Origin: Gracilinanus agilis
Lineage: Eukaryota
NCBI RefSeq assembly: GCF_016433145.1
Contig: NC_058133.1
Span: forward strand, 7,765,162 to 7,829,161
DNA: 64,000 bases
Direction of reading: 5' to 3'
Both the position numbers and the translations under genes were made by a program. The notes under the pieces were generated by a model that was given only the letters and a program-made list of their open reading frames with translations, was not told where the DNA came from and searched no databases. Shown piece by piece: positions 26,084 through 40,445 of the stretch; position 1 is the first letter of the stretch; each line of letters opens with the position of its first letter.

Positions 26084-26162
26084 TTAGAAATGGGATTGAC
26101 GCTGGCTTCGATGATTGTTAAACACTTACAGCACTTAATATTTTCTGGAAATTCTTGGACAC
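26084..26162 (-). CDS. LRRC7: LRRC7 coding exon C (79 nt, phase 1 to 2); absent from the supplied ORF track
   Basis: Acceptor gtgtctttacctttttag|GT GTC CAA GAA; donor TCT AA|gtgagt; encodes (G)[25 protein letters not shown](K). Confidence 0.96.
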
Positions 26163-29058
26163 CTAAAAAGGTAAAGACACGAAACCAGACATGAGACTAT
26201 TCTTAGCAAAAAGAAAAAAGTGCTCTTATTTGGTAGCTCTTATTCAATTGAAAGCAATAATGGCAAAACTCATGAGCTATACATACCTACATACATATAG
26301 ATAACATCTCTAACTCAAATTCATATATATGCATATGTGATTATTGTTAATTAAATGGTTTTTCCAGTAAAAGGCTATTTAATTGCTACCAGTACATTTT
26401 TTAACTTTTATTTACTGTATAAAATACATACATACATAAATATATGTATGGGGGCATACATATGTATGTACATATACAACTCTGTATATCATCCATATCT
26501 ATCTCTATCTCTATAGGAGGGCAAGGATTGTTTCACTTTGGCTTTAGAATTTCTTAAGACTGAAGTTCATTAGATGTATATTTAGATTTCTTAAATCAGC
26601 CTTGCCTAGTACCAAAGAAACAGCCTTAGAGACAGGAGGATCTGAGTTCAAGGTCCATTTCTCCAACTTATAAAGACGTTGCTGCCATCTTGGATCAGTC
26701 ACTTCTCTTCTTGATGGTCTCAGGTCACTCTCTAAGGCTCTGGTGTTGGAGAGAAGATGTTGTCCTGGAGCAGGAAAGGGACTTCCCTAAACCACCAGCA
26801 CAGTTGCAAGCCTAATGCCTCTTCTTGATATTTTCCCAATAAAATTGTATTAACTATCTCCATTGGATTCACAAATTATGAACAATTGCTTTAAGAGCGG
26901 CGTATAGACTTGGAACAATTTGGACCTTTCATGAACCAGAGAAATTAGAAATAATTAGACCTAAGTGGTTCCCAGCATTTTTAGGTATGTGCAAACCTTG
27001 TTAACATAAGACATGTTGTGGGTCTCCTATGGCAGTCCTTGCTGGTATCAAACAGCTGGAAAGGACAGTGTTCAGCATGCTGATGGAATCATGTTGCAAA
27101 CACTCCCAAGATTCCACAGCCTTAAAATGGAAGAATACTGTGGCAAGCCAGACGCGCTTCATCTAGGATTCTTTAAGCCAAGATCTCACAGGGTTTTTAA
27201 CACACATCCAAGTGTAGTTCTCTTCAGCAGGCTTGAGATAAGGAAAAGGACTTTGGTAAACTGGAGAGCACAGACAGGAGGGTGACCAGGATGGCCGAAG
27301 GACCTTGATTTCATGAGGTTACAGGAAATAGGATCATTTAGATTGAGGAAGAGCAGACTCGGATGGGGGCATGCTAGGTGTCTTCAAGTATTTGGTGGTC
27401 CATCATAGTCCACTGACCCTGCTACTCGTTGGCCACTGAGATCCTTTCCAATCCTGAAACTTCCCTGGTCCTCTATATCAGGGTCATTTTTTCCAAGAGA
27501 CATTTCCACCCAAGTTGACCCATCAAATACAGAAAAGCACATAAAAAAGTGTTTATGGAGGCACCTGTTTAAAGGCAGAAACATCCTGTACTGGTTAAAT
27601 CCTGATCCTTAAAATATTAATAAATAATAGATATTATCAAAATATCAAAAGAGAATCAAGAAACTTCGCTAATATTGATTTCAGTAATCACAACTCTAAA
27701 TAGAATTAGAATATTCTCCTAGAAATACTCCCTGTAGACATTTTGTTCTGTACATACTTATTAAGTGAGAAATAACATATTTTTTCTCACTGAACTAAAT
27801 GGGTCTGATAATCAAGGCTTTAGATAGAAAGGAATTGATAAAAAAATCCATTAAGAATACATTCATGTTTTCACAGGCAGAAGATGGATTGACCATTTAG
27901 GCTCATTCTAATTAGGAAAGGATTTACTCTCTTTTTTTCTTTTCTAAATCTGAGGGAAAAATCTAAAAGACAGTAAACTCTCAATTATTCAGGGACCAAT
28001 TAGGCAGTTTGTGGATTATCCATTCTCTTACTTGTTCTCCCTTCTCCTGGCCTTGATGTAACCATTTCACTCCTCATTAACTCTTCCACCAGAGGGTGTG
28101 AAGAGGAAGGGAAAGAAGAGGAAACTCCAATCCATCAGGCTCAGTCCTTGTTTGTGGGCAGAGCGTTGGAACTAATAGTGTAAGTGAAGCCTTATTACTC
28201 CCTGTGAACTATATTTATTCGCGCTACTCTGACCCTTATTAAGACAAACCTTCAAGGGTGTATTGGAGCTCAGCAAACCTATCAATAACAGCCATTTTCA
28301 ACCTTAGTTAAAGATAAAAATAGAATTGATGTCAGGCCAGAAATGGAATGTCACAAAGTGTTTAATCAAAATCAAAATTAAAGTCAGAGGATCAGAGAAT
28401 TATAATCGGAAGGAGCCTTAGAGATTATTTAGTACGACTTCTTATTTTATGTATGTATATGCATATATATGTCTATGCAAATGTCCACATATATATAATC
28501 CTCCCTAACTAACCACCTACCCATCTATCCATCTACCTGTGTATCTATTATCTATTTTCCAGCCTTCCNNNNNNNNNNNNNNNNNNNNNNNNNNNNNNNN
28601 NNNNNNNNNNNNNNNNNNNNNNNNNNNNNNNNNNNNNNNNNNNNNNNNNNNNNNNNNNNNNNNNNNNNNNNNNNNNNNNNNNNNNNNNNNNNNNNNNNNN
28701 NNNNNNNNNNNNNNNNNNNNNNNNNNNNNNNNNNNNNNNNNNNNNNNNNNNNNNNNNNNNNNNNNNNNNNNNNNNNNNNNNNNNNNNNNNNNNNNNNNNN
28801 NNNNNNNNNNNNNNNNNNNNNNNNNNNNNNNNNNNNNNNNNNNNNNNNNNNNNNNNNNNNNNNNNNNNNNNNNNNNNNNNNNNNNNNNNNNNNNNNNNNN
28901 NNNNNNNNNNNNNNNNNNNNNNNNNNNNNNNNNNNNNNNNNNNNNNNNNNNNNNNNNNNNNNNNNNNNNNNNNNNNNNNNNNNNNNNNNNNNNNNNNNNN
29001 NNNNNNNNNNNNNNNNNNNNNNNNNNNNNNNNNNNNNNNNNNNNNNNNNNNNNNNNNN

Positions 29059-29260
29059 CTTTCTTTCTTCCTTCCTTCCTTCCTTCCTTCCTTCCTTCCT
29101 TCTTTCCTCTATCTTGTTCTTTTTCTCTTTTAATCTCCCTCTCCTTTCTCCTCTTCTCCTCTTTTCTTTCCTCTTCTGTCTCTATCTTTCTGTCTCTGTT
29201 TCTGTCTGTCTCTGTCTCTGTCTGTCTCTCCAACTTTTTCTCTCTTCTCCTCCTCCCCCT
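29059..29260. repeat. (CTTC)n and CT-rich low-complexity tract next to a gap
   Basis: Read directly. Confidence 0.9.
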
Positions 29261-32200
29261 AACACAAAAAAAAAAACAATGACAAGCTAGTACATAGAAA
29301 GAAATGATATTTTCTATGTTCTACATATTGAGCTTTGGTGGAATAAATGAAAGATACTAGAAATAAGAACAGTTAAATGGCTGTAGCATTAGACACTAAT
29401 TCTGTTTTGCCCATTTAAATAGGAACTCCTCCAATAATTCCCCTGTACTATATAATATCAGAGTGCTGTCTAGAAATGCAGAAATCAAGTGATTTGCCCA
29501 TGGAGTCAGTGTGTTCAGATAGTATTTGAACCCAAGTCCTACTGTTCTCAAGCCCAGAACACTATCTGCTTCCCACAAATGTGTGGACTTAGAGGTAGAG
29601 TGGTATATGATATAAGATGTGTATTTAAATTCCTAAGTGATTTTTCCCTCCAATTTTTGATAGTATCTCAAATGTAAGATCAGAATTTAAAGAGGCACAA
29701 AAGGGCAGTTTATAAAAATAATGACAACAAAAAGAAAAAAGGTATCTTGAGTCAAGAAAGATGTGAGTTAAAATTCTACATGAGATTTGAGTTAAGTCCT
29801 GTGTAAGCTATTTAACTTTTTAAGCTCAGTTTCCTGATCTGTAAAATGGGGGTTATAGTAATACCATTCTACTGAATTGTTATGGAGTTCAAATACAAAA
29901 GTACATAGAAAACATTTCATGAATATTAATTCACTCCATAAACATCAGTTATTATTTCATCTTCTTTCCAATAACAATTATCCATAAACTCCCCCTAAAT
30001 GTCTAATTGCTTAAAAAGTATAAACTGGCAAATTACTGTTAAGTAAGAGATAAATGATCACTTACAATATGTTATTGCTGNNNNNNNNNNNNNNNNNNNN
30101 NNNNNNNNNNNNNNNNNNNNNNNNNNNNNNNNNNNNNNNNNNNNNNNNNNNNNNNNNNNNNNNNNNNNNNNNNNNNNNNNNNNNNNNNNNNNNNNNNNNN
30201 NNNNNNNNNNNNNNNNNNNNNNNNNNNNNNNNNNNNNNNNNNNNNNNNNNNNNNNNNNNNNNNNNNNNNNNNNNNNNNNNNNGGATATAGATATCAGAAA
30301 ATCTAGAAACTGCAAACAAAACTAGGATAGAGAGAGGTGTGAAACATGATGATATTAGCATAGGCTACTCCCAGAGGAGGAAACAGTCTCCCCCAGTCCT
30401 GACCACCAACTAACTTCTCTGAAACTTATAGCCATAAAGTGATGCCTAGATCACTGAGAATTTTGATGATCTGCCTCGGGGCACGTAGGCAGGCTTGTAT
30501 ATGTAAGAGGCAGAATTTGAACTTACTGGATTTGAAGCTGGTTTTTATCCATTCTACCTCATTACCTCTAACAAAACTAGGACATTTAAGATGGGTTGTA
30601 CTGATTTTTTCAAATAGAAACCCTCCATAATACTACACTCTTACCTCTGCTGGTCATCTCCAAATATATCCTCAGACTAATCCACAGAAGGTTTCCTTTA
30701 TTCTTCTCTAATAGGCTTCCACCTAAGCGCTGTGGGTATGGTGATTATTCCTAATGTCACCTACCCTAGCACGAGCTCAAAGGCCACCTAATCAAACTGT
30801 ATCATGAGGAAACTTCTATCCTACAGTTCTGCTCCTATTTTCCCTCGAATCTATCCTTGCATCTTTCAAACTGGAAGACCTCAGCTCTTCCCCACTTTTG
30901 TTTTCTTACTTGAAATTGCCAATAATATACAAATTCAGTTAAAGATTTGTAATTCCCAAACCTAGCAGAGTTCTTGGAATAGTCTCTGCTTGATAAATAA
31001 ATGTTTGTTAAATCTGTGAATCGATTTTGGAACAACAAGGATTGGGAAGTTAGCGCTGAAGAGCTTATTCTATTGTTTCAACATTCCAAAGGCCTGGGCA
31101 TCCCATATGTCCAATTTGAATCACAAACTCTTAGATTTGAGGCTAGAAAAGACCCCAGAGACCATCTGACCTCTCCTTTGATTTTATGAATGAGGAATTC
31201 TAGGTCCAGAAAGAGTAAAGACTTGTTACATCAAGTCATAGAACTGGGATCTCCATCTGAGCCCCCCAATTCCAAATCTATTGCTCTTTTCCCATCATGG
31301 CACCCCCAGGAAGAAGAGAGAAGCTCTCTATCCACCAGGCAACACTATTTCTTACAGAGATCACAGATTTAGACCTGGTAGAGACCTCAGCCCATATAAT
31401 CCAATCTCCTCATTTCCCAGAGGAGGGCCCTGTAGGTGCCAATGCCCTTTCTACTTAATTTACTCAACATTCTTTATCCATGTTGGGTCTCAGAGTTTCT
31501 GAAGGATGAGGGACAAGGGTGTGAAGACAGAAGCTGATCTCCATTGGTCGAGGAGGTTAACTCAACAGAAGTTCCCTCTATCCATACCATCACAGGTTTT
31601 GGCTCATTAAACAAACCATCAGCTAAGGGGTTGGAGGGATTTGATATCTGTACCAATAGAAGTGGTACCCAAATACTCCAGTCCTCCACTGGCTTTATGA
31701 GCTAACCATTGTTGGGTAGTATGCGATGGAATTACAGATACTAGAATTTCTAAGTGGGATCCTCCAATCCCTGCCTTCACTGGGTTGCTAATCAATACAA
31801 AACCTTGCTTTTAACGTGGCTGCAGTGGTCTGCCCGTGACTAAGCCAGTCTTTCTTGTTCATAAGGTCACAGGATCCTAGTTGTAGAGCTGAGAGTACCA
31901 CAGGAAAGATCTAATCTCAAACTCTCATTTTACAGATGGGGAAACGGAGGCACAGAGTGTTTAAGAGGCATGCCAAGGTCAAGGAACTAGACGGTAAGTG
32001 ATAGAGTCGGGTTTTGGACCCAGAACCTTGGAGTGCCTGCTTTTTCCTCTCCCATGCTGATAACAGAAAGTAACTGAGGTACAATCTTTCCCCCAGATCC
32101 TACAGGTGACCTTTCTACATTGACTAAATATAATGAACACACTGATCCAGAATCTTTCTTTTTTTTTCCCCTCCAATTTAATAAACTCAAATTAATTAGC

Positions 32201-33034
32201 TTAAATTGCTACTGATTTCCTTCTGTTCTAATCTAATGTGCCTGAGTGAGAGAAACGTCTCTCTTTGTCCCAAAATTGGGGAAATTATCTTTTGTTTCAG
32301 ACAACAAGCTCTCATTTTGGGAAAGGGTGGGACAACTACCAAGGAAGTAAAATGTTTAATGATGGTCCCATCATTAAACTGTTCTTCATGAAGCTAAAAT
32401 GATGGTTTACCCTTTTGTGATGCTATGATAAGGCATCTTAGAGAGGAACAAATTTTGGAAGAAGAGAGAAAAATCACTCAATTATGGCAAAATCGTGCAA
32501 GGTTTCCCAAGTAATTTGTTTCTGTTAACATCCATAGACTATGGGGTGATGCTCTCTATGACACATTCACAACTAGATTTGAAATTGAGTCTTTGTCTAA
32601 TCAAAACTTTCCACTTGATATTTTACTTTCTTGTGCCTAGTTTAATGCACTTCAAGGAAATCTTCTGTCAACTTTACAAGCGGGCATAGCAGAGTTATTT
32701 GGAGATCACAAAAATGTTGGGAAATGGATCTACCTTCGTGGAGGGCTTGGGGCCGGAACTTCACAGAACCAAAGCTCTAGTGGCGGAAAGCAGCTGGGAG
32801 GCCATGCACTCCAACGCCATCAATTTGCAGATTTAAAAAAATGGTGAAGGCCAGAGCTGAGTTAGTGCCTTGCCCAAGGTCATGTTGGTAGCAATGGTAC
32901 AGATAGCATTTGAACTCAGGCCCCTGGACTCTAAATCCAAGGCTCTTACCACTGTGAGAAATTATTTCATAGGAAGATTTCGAATACTGCATGTGATTCT
33001 GGCTGTAAAATGGAGGGATTTCTGCTTTTATTTT

Positions 33035-33216
33035 TTTTTAAACCCTTAACTTCTGTGTATTGACTTATAGGTTGGAAGAGTGGTAAGAGTAGGCAATAGG
33101 GGTCAAGTGACTTGCCCAGGGTCACACAGCTGGAAAGTGTCTGAGGCCTGATTTGAACCTAGGACCTCCAGTCTCTAGGCCTGGCTCTCCATCCACTGAG
33201 CTACCCAGCTGCCCCC
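33035..33216 (-). mobile_element. Short-tail SINE1_Mdo-like SINE
   Basis: Full length; 16-bp TSD TTTCTGCTTTTATTTT (33019-33034, 33218-33233). Confidence 0.95.
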
Positions 33217-35679
33217 GTTTCTGCTTTTATTTTAAGTGTATTCTAATTTTAAAATCCAGTATGAGCTTATTTGTAAATGTTGGAGTGAAAAAAGCATTAG
33301 ATTTATGGCCTGAGGACTTACACTCCCTACCCTTCTCTTCCAACGACTACTTGTGTGACTCTGGGAAAGTAATTTTAACCTTTGTGAGCCTCAGTTTCTT
33401 TATCTGTAAAGTAGAAAAGTTGGACTAATGACCTGTAAAATCTCTTCCAACTGAAAAGTGAGGATGCTAATATTACCGGTTAAATTTGTTTAGCTACTAT
33501 TTCAATCTGTACTAATGGCTTTTGATAAAATGCCACCATTTTTCTTCTCTGGCTGATCCATCTTCATCAGCTCTCTTTGCCAATCCATCTGTTCCCATTT
33601 CATTTTCCTCTTGTGCAATAATAGTCTGCAGGAATCTGTTCTTCGGGGTCCCTTTTTCTTCTTCGCCTGGTTTCCAAACGCCCCAGAAAGGAGGCTGCTT
33701 TCCCCCCACGATGGATGAAGCGCTGTCATTTCTTTTCTACGTCTTACTGGTGCACAGACAATTTCTGTTTGATACCTGCAGTCTAATTCGTCTGGCCCTG
33801 AATCTTTCAGGGCTTTTGACATCCTTTTTTCAGAGCATTTGAGAAGGTGACATCGCTCCTGGGAAGAGACTTTTGTTTGTTAAGAGCTTTGTGACAAAGG
33901 TCCCATATAGGCACACATATATACACACATACACATGTGCACACACGTGTGTGTGTGTGTGTAAAATGAGGGAGCTGGACTAGGGGACCGTTGAGGTCCT
34001 TCCCTGCTCTCAGACCCTCTGATCTCAGATGGCCATAACTCTTTCAGTCATTCCCCCTACCTACTCCCTGCCCTTCGCCCTCTCTTGGGCCTCTTGATTC
34101 CCTGAGATATGACATGATTGAAGAATATTATGCAAACTTAGTTATAAATCAGAGCCAGGGTCCGAGAGGATTGACTCTAATTTTGAAAGGAGTTCTAGGG
34201 AGGGTAAAAGGCTGTCAAATCGTTTTACTTGCTCCAGAGAGAATGGAAAGGAAAGGAAGACTTGCTCGATGGGCAGACTTCACTGTTGTCTTATTTTAAG
34301 AAATTGCTACAGTCACTGCAGCCTTGGGCAAGCACTACCGATCAGTCAGCAGCCATCCATATGGAGGGAGGCCAGACCCTCCACCTGCAGGAGGATTCGC
34401 ACTTGCTGCAGGCTCAGAGGAAGCTTCAGCGATAAGGGTTTTTTTGTTCTGACATGTACCTTGTTTATTCTAGACCGAGTCTTAGCGAACGCTTAATCAC
34501 CCACAGAATAGTGTAAGCAGAACCTTTAGATGCACTGGGAAACCCCCAACTTCATGGGACTTGCTTTGGTGTCATGGTGGTGATCTGGAAGCCAACTCTC
34601 AATACCTCTAAGGTCTGCCTGTGTTATCCACAGGCTCTGAGTCTTATGGGCAGAATTCCTCCTGATGTGTGTTGAAATAACAACGATGGATAATAATAAC
34701 ACAGGCTCCTATTTGCATCATGCACTTTGAGGCTGACCCAGATTAGGAAACGGAGGCAGACAGTAGTTAAATGACTTATCCAGGATTACATAGTGTCCAA
34801 GGTCAGATTTGAACTCAGGTCTTCCTGACTCTAGACCCTAGAACTGGTGCTCTAGAGACATAGGTGCCCCCCTGCTGCCATGTAGCCTGTGCGTGCCTTT
34901 ATTCATTTGGTTTGGCTCCACTGGGATCTCCTACCCAGTCCCAATTCTACCAGAGCCATAAGTAGCATTTTTCATGCTCAGGTAAAGCTTTGAGAAATGG
35001 GTCCTCAAGCCAACCTTTAAAGACAAATTCAGATGAAAGGAGAAACCACAGGACACTGCGATGACGCTCTGTTTGGCAGGGTGTGAGGACAGAATGCTTA
35101 GTCCGCCTCGCCATTTCTGCTGGCTACATGTTAAATTCAATCCTCTCCTCACAGCTAAAAAAAGTTTGAGCATCGTCAGCTCCTTCTCCATTTTGGTGCC
35201 CTCAGGAAAAGCCCTGGTTGTCCCGGCCCAGTTATGGAGCTCATGGCCTGATGTGGAGAGAAGGCTTGGATTGGGGAAAGAACTAGATTTGAATCTCTCC
35301 TTTGATTTGTGTGTCCATTGATGACCTCGGGCTAAATTCCAGGAAGTCTGGCTCTGGGGGATGAGGAAGTTTCTCTGGACTCTCCCCTGGCCAGACAGTA
35401 GCTGGTTTCTTGTTGAGTTGTGAGGACAACGTGGTCGGTACCACGTGGATAACCTGGTGTGTGTCTGGAATAGAAAAGGGCTTCCTGTCCAGGTGGTCCA
35501 ATCCAAGATTTAGAACTAGGAGGGACCTTGGAAGCCATTGGATTCACCCCTCGCCTCCCATCGTTCTACAGAGAAGGAAACTGAGGTAGTTGAAGGGATT
35601 GGCCCAGGGTCTTGAGGAGAAACCCAAATAAAACATTGAACGAAACAAGCGCGAAGCGATGGAGAAACGAGTCCCTTAC

Positions 35680-35797
35680 CGTTTTTACTGATGTCAAGTT
35701 CTTTGAGATTAACTAAACTAGCAATAGTGGTTGGCAGATTCGAAAGGTCATTATCTGGGATACTCAGTTTGCGGAGAGCTTGACAGTTGAACAATTG
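35680..35797 (-). CDS. LRRC7: LRRC7 coding exon B (118 nt, phase 0 to 1)
   Basis: Acceptor ttttccatttcag|CAA TTG TTC; donor AAA AAC G|gtaagg; encodes [39 protein letters not shown] plus 1 nt. Confidence 0.97.
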
Positions 35798-37627
35798 CTG
35801 AAATGGAAAATAACCTTTAATTAGATTGCGACTGGATGACATTCAATTTGCAAGCAAATTCCATCCTAAGCAAATTCAATTCCTAATCTCCATATGTTAT
35901 AGATGTACATATTAGCATAAAAGGATAAATAAGTCTCATCTGATCTGGAATCCCCTGTTACCGGTTTCTTTCACCACTTGAGGATCTCAAACCAAACCAA
36001 TTGTTTCCTGCCCCTTCCCAAATCCCCATTTCTCAAATGCAGTTCCATTCTCAAGCCCGCACACGCACTCCTGCTCAAAACCTGCAAGGTTCTGGTTTGG
36101 GGGCCCAAGTTCTCCGTTTTGGGGAGAATTGTGATGGGGTGGTTCAGCCTCCTTGCATGAGGGATCATCTGGGACTTTGGTCTCTCCTGCAACTTCCAGC
36201 GTCCAGTATGTATCATGAAGCACCTGCTCTGAGCGAGGTGAGATGCTGGATGCTGGGGAGGGAATGAACAAAAAGGAGTTCCTGTCCCCAAAGACCTCAC
36301 ACCGTCCTGGAGGGCAAAGATACAGCTTTTCTACCACAAGCAAGTACAAGATAATTTGAGGATGAGGAAAGCACACGTAGCATGAAGGGATCAAGGAAGG
36401 CTTCCTGTTGGTGGTGGCATATGAATTAGGGATTCTGAGAGGCAGAGAGGAGAAGGGGAATACATTGTAGGCATTCGGGACAAGAGGGGAATGTCTTGCA
36501 GTGAGGGCACATACCTCATCGATGCTTGCTTAATTAAATAGAAAGACCTACGTGCCAGAGGGAAGTAACTCCTGTTTTGACTGAGACTTGACTTCAGGAA
36601 GAGCCCAAATGGCGTGGGAGATAGCAGACTAGCCAAGGAGGCAGGAAGACCGGGCTCCAAGGTCTACCTCCAGTGCATCTTGGGTATATGCCTTTGGACA
36701 AGACATCTGAGTCCCTGGTACCCCCTGGCTGCTCTACAAGACAATTCTACCCAATTCATCCTCCGCCAGTGGGTCCCAGTTTGGGAGTCCCTTACACTCA
36801 TGATCTCAAGGGTCCAGGCTCTGTCCTCCTCTCTTGTTAATCAATAAGGCTTTATGACCGGCTTCCTATGTTCCAAACAGTCCCACCAAGTGTAGGATTA
36901 GGGAAACTAAGATGTCAGGGGTCAGTAGCAGTGAAGACCCTCATCCCTGGTCTTTGGAGAAACACAAGCACACAGGCAGGCTTGCCTGAATGGGAGGGGC
37001 CGGATCTTGTGTAGGTGCTCCTTCCTCTCCCCCCTCCCACTAAGCAGTTGGAAGTCAATTAACAGTTTGGTAATGGTGGACAATCTGGCTTGATAACTTC
37101 TAGGCCTGGATGGTGAGTGGGGAAAGGCTAAACTCCTTCTGATGATGTCTTCTCTGAACTATTTCCCCACAGGATAGAATAGGTAAAGCATGAAGTCTTA
37201 GAAGCAATTCCCTGGCTCAGAGGTTAGGACCAATCTCAGAACCACAAGTAGGAGGAACTTGGCCTCTGGAGGTTGTGAGTGTGTCCCCAAATTATGTGTA
37301 ACCAGACTCTGTTCCCAGCTGATATGGGTTTAATGATAACAGGGAATGGGAGAGGGGAAATTGTTTAGGATTGAGAGGTAAGGAAAAAACTACCGAAACA
37401 GTTATGTCAAGAGCATCCCCTCCCCCCAAAGGGGAAGTGTATCTGGAATGGCTGATCTGCTCTCTCTGCCTCTCGATATTCTTCTTCTAAACCTAGAGAG
37501 CTAAACTGAGATGGACTGTGCTATTGTTTGAAGGTCTAACAAAAGTAAGACAGCTTTGGCTGTCTGAGACGGAATGACACAGCTCAGAGCCACACAGATC
37601 ACTGAGCAAAGAGTCAGGTACAGAATT

Positions 37628-37695
37628 AGGACCAGGACCAGGACCCAGGACCCAGGACCCAGGACCCAGGACCCAGGACCCAGGACCCAAGACCC
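37628..37695. repeat. Heptamer tandem repeat: (AGGACC)2(AGGACCC)7 AAGACCC
   Basis: Read directly. Confidence 0.97.
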
Positions 37696-40003
37696 TCCAA
37701 GCAGGGGGACCTGCCTTTTTATACCAGGACTCCAACGGCCTTTAACTGACCCCTCCTTTAGAGCTCTGGGGGTCACTCTGGAATTCTGTACTGCAGCTTG
37801 AACCCCTCTCAGCAATATGGATCCCACACCAGGCAGGAACTCCTGAATGAATATTCAAGCAAGAGTGAAGTGTCTCTGGTGCCAGGCACTGAGCTTCTGA
37901 TTTCATTAAATACTGCAATCCCTAATGGCACAGGGCTCACAGGGTCACCACAGCTGGCTTTGCCTTTTTCTATACAGTGGATGCTTTTCTAGCCTATCTT
38001 TCTCCATTTCTCCTCTCTTTATTTTTAATGAAATCTTATTCTGCCCCCCCCCCGTTAACAAGCATTTTTTCTCTCTCCTCGATGCCTCCCCGACAAGAAA
38101 GAAAGATAAAACCCATGTTACAAGTATGTGTCATCAAGCAAAACCAGTTCCTTCATTGGCCATGTCTCAAAATGTTATGTGCTTTCTGAATATTGAGTCC
38201 ATCTCTTCTTTGTAAGGAGAATGGGTAGCATTCTTGTCATTGGTAGGGACCATGTGAGCCCACAAAAAGAGCCCTGGAGTTTGGACTCAAAAGATCTGAG
38301 TTTGAATCTTTTCTCTGCTAAGTGCCACTTTTTCTACCTAAGCCAAGTCACTTAATGCCTTTGTGCCTCAGTTTCCCATCTGTAAAATGAGAGGGCTGAA
38401 CTGAGGTCTCTCTTCTCACTAAATCTATGACTCTATGATCAGTGTCCATCATTCTGCTTCAAATTCAGTTCCTCCAGGAAACATTCCTGAGAAGGAAGTG
38501 ATTTCAGACTCCTCCATTATTCCATGTACCCACAGCTCCTTCAATAGTACCAGACGCTCAGGGCAGAGTCAGGCCAAGGCACTTCTGTGTTCTACACAGG
38601 GTTGAGAACTGTGACCCAGACATTCCTGTCTTCTCCTGAGGTCCTTCTCTGACTGGTGCCTCATCATGTGTTCTAGAGATCCCTAAGTTCTACCATGAGT
38701 AGATTGACTGCCCATCCAGCCAAGGTGGGAAGACTTAAAGGTGATCCCTCTGCACAGACCCCAAAGGGATCAAAGAAAGAGGAAAAGGGGAGTCCTGAGA
38801 GCAGCCATGATGGAGTCTTGGCAAAGAGCTGCAACCTAAGGAAGAGGGGCCCTTGCTTGTGGGGGCATGGCTAAATGAATTTTGGGATAGCAATGGAATG
38901 GAATAGGACCAAACCGTGACATTCTCAGAGGAAACTGGGAAGACCTGAAAAAAGAGATGCCAAGGAAAGAGGGCAGAACCAGGAGGACAATTCCTGCAAC
39001 AACAATAAGTTTGTTAAGAAAAACAACTCTGGAGGACTTGAAAACTGGTCAAGGCAGGACAAACCACGATTGCAACACCAAAGAGGATGCAGGCTGTCCA
39101 TTCTCCAATGGGGAAGGCATGGGTGGATTTAAAATGCCAACCAGATGGGCATTTGGGGGCATGGCCAAACCACGTGGCCATTTGCTTTCCTTTGTGGGTG
39201 TTTGTTATGAATCTTTTCTTTTTTCTTGTTAATTGTTTATTTCAAAGGGGAATTGGAAGGAGAGACGATAAAAGCTTGATCATTGGAAAAATATAGAAGG
39301 AAGCATGAAAAAATGAAGGTTGATTGTTGTGTTGGCTTCTTTGGATAATATCCCCAAACCAGCTTAGCTAAGAGCATCCTCAGGCTGGCTGGGCGGTGAC
39401 ACATTCTTTTTCTGCTCATGGAAACTCATCAAGACCACGTGGAACCGTAGGATCCCAGAATTGGAAGAGAAGTCCGGATGCTTCTTTTTATGGATGAGGG
39501 ACTGAGGACCAGGAAAATTGTGACTTGCCTTTGGTCAGCCAGTCATCAAGTGTCTGCGGCAGTGCCCATGTCCTCTTCACATCATCTACTCATCAGCCTC
39601 CATCTACTAAGTCCTAAAGGGAAATCTATGTTGGTGGAGGGAAGGGCCATGCCAATGGACTTACTGATCCTGGAAGGGCTGGCAGAGCAGAAACAGAAGG
39701 GCTTGGTTTGGAGTCAGCAAGATTTGGCTTCAAGTCTCTTGTCTGATCCATATTGACTATGTGACTTTGGGTAAGTCATTAACTCTCAGTACCCCAGGAA
39801 GCTCTCCAAAAATATACATTATAGATAAGTTTCTGATGGAATCATATTATTTTTTTCAGAACAAAATTAAAATCTGTCTGTCAGGAGGTCAGGTAGGTGG
39901 CTCAGTGGTTAGAGAGCCAGGTGTAAAAGGGAATAATCAAAAGGTAGACAAAGGAAAGTTAATCCTGTCTTCACAATCTAGTGAGGTACTTAAGTTATTG
40001 TCC

Positions 40004-40184
40004 TTTTTTAAACCCTTAACTTCTGTGTATTGGCTCCTTGGTGGAAGAGTGGTAAGGGTGGGCAATGAGGGTCAAGTGACTTGCCCAGGGTCACACAGCT
40101 GGGAAGTGTCTGAGGCTGGATTTGAACCTAGGATCTTCTATCTCTAGGCCTGACTCTCCATCCACTGGGCTACCCAGCTGCCCC
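40004..40184 (-). mobile_element. Short-tail SINE1_Mdo-like SINE
   Basis: Full length; 12-bp TSD TTAAGTTATTGT (39990-40001, 40187-40198). Confidence 0.95.
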
Positions 40185-40284
40185 ATTTAAGTTATTGTTA
40201 ACCAAAGTGTTAGTTCCAACTAGGCAAAGAGAATAAAGGATTCCCTTTCACAAGTGTAAACTCAAAGAGAACCAGGACTTCCCT

Positions 40285-40445
40285 TTGACACAGGCCTGGA
40301 GAGGAGAGGTCCTGGGTTCAAATCTGACCCCAGACATTTCCTTGCTGTGACCCCTGGGGAGATCACTTCACCCCATTGCCCAGCCTTTACCTCTCTTCTG
40401 CCTTGAAACCAATATAGAGCATTGGTTCTAAAATGGAAGGGATTC
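40285..40445 (+). mobile_element. Long-tail SINE1_Mdo-like SINE, 5'-truncated
   Basis: aggtcctgggttcaaatctg B-box; tail ctcttctgccttgaaaccaatatagagcattggttctaaaatggaagg. Confidence 0.8.

Noticed and set aside
28086-28099. Isolated CTCF-like CCACCAGAGGGTGT
   Set aside because: Single imperfect match with no supporting context.
34931-35506. 191-aa minus-strand ORF just downstream of exon B
   Set aside because: No homology recognised, no linking splice signals, and it overlaps MIR-like sequence; treated as a chance ORF.
37493-37827. ORFs with repeated GSWVLGP / TQDPGPR units; a spaced-repeat or CRISPR-like look
   Set aside because: They translate the heptamer tandem repeat. There are no spacers, and the DNA is eukaryotic.
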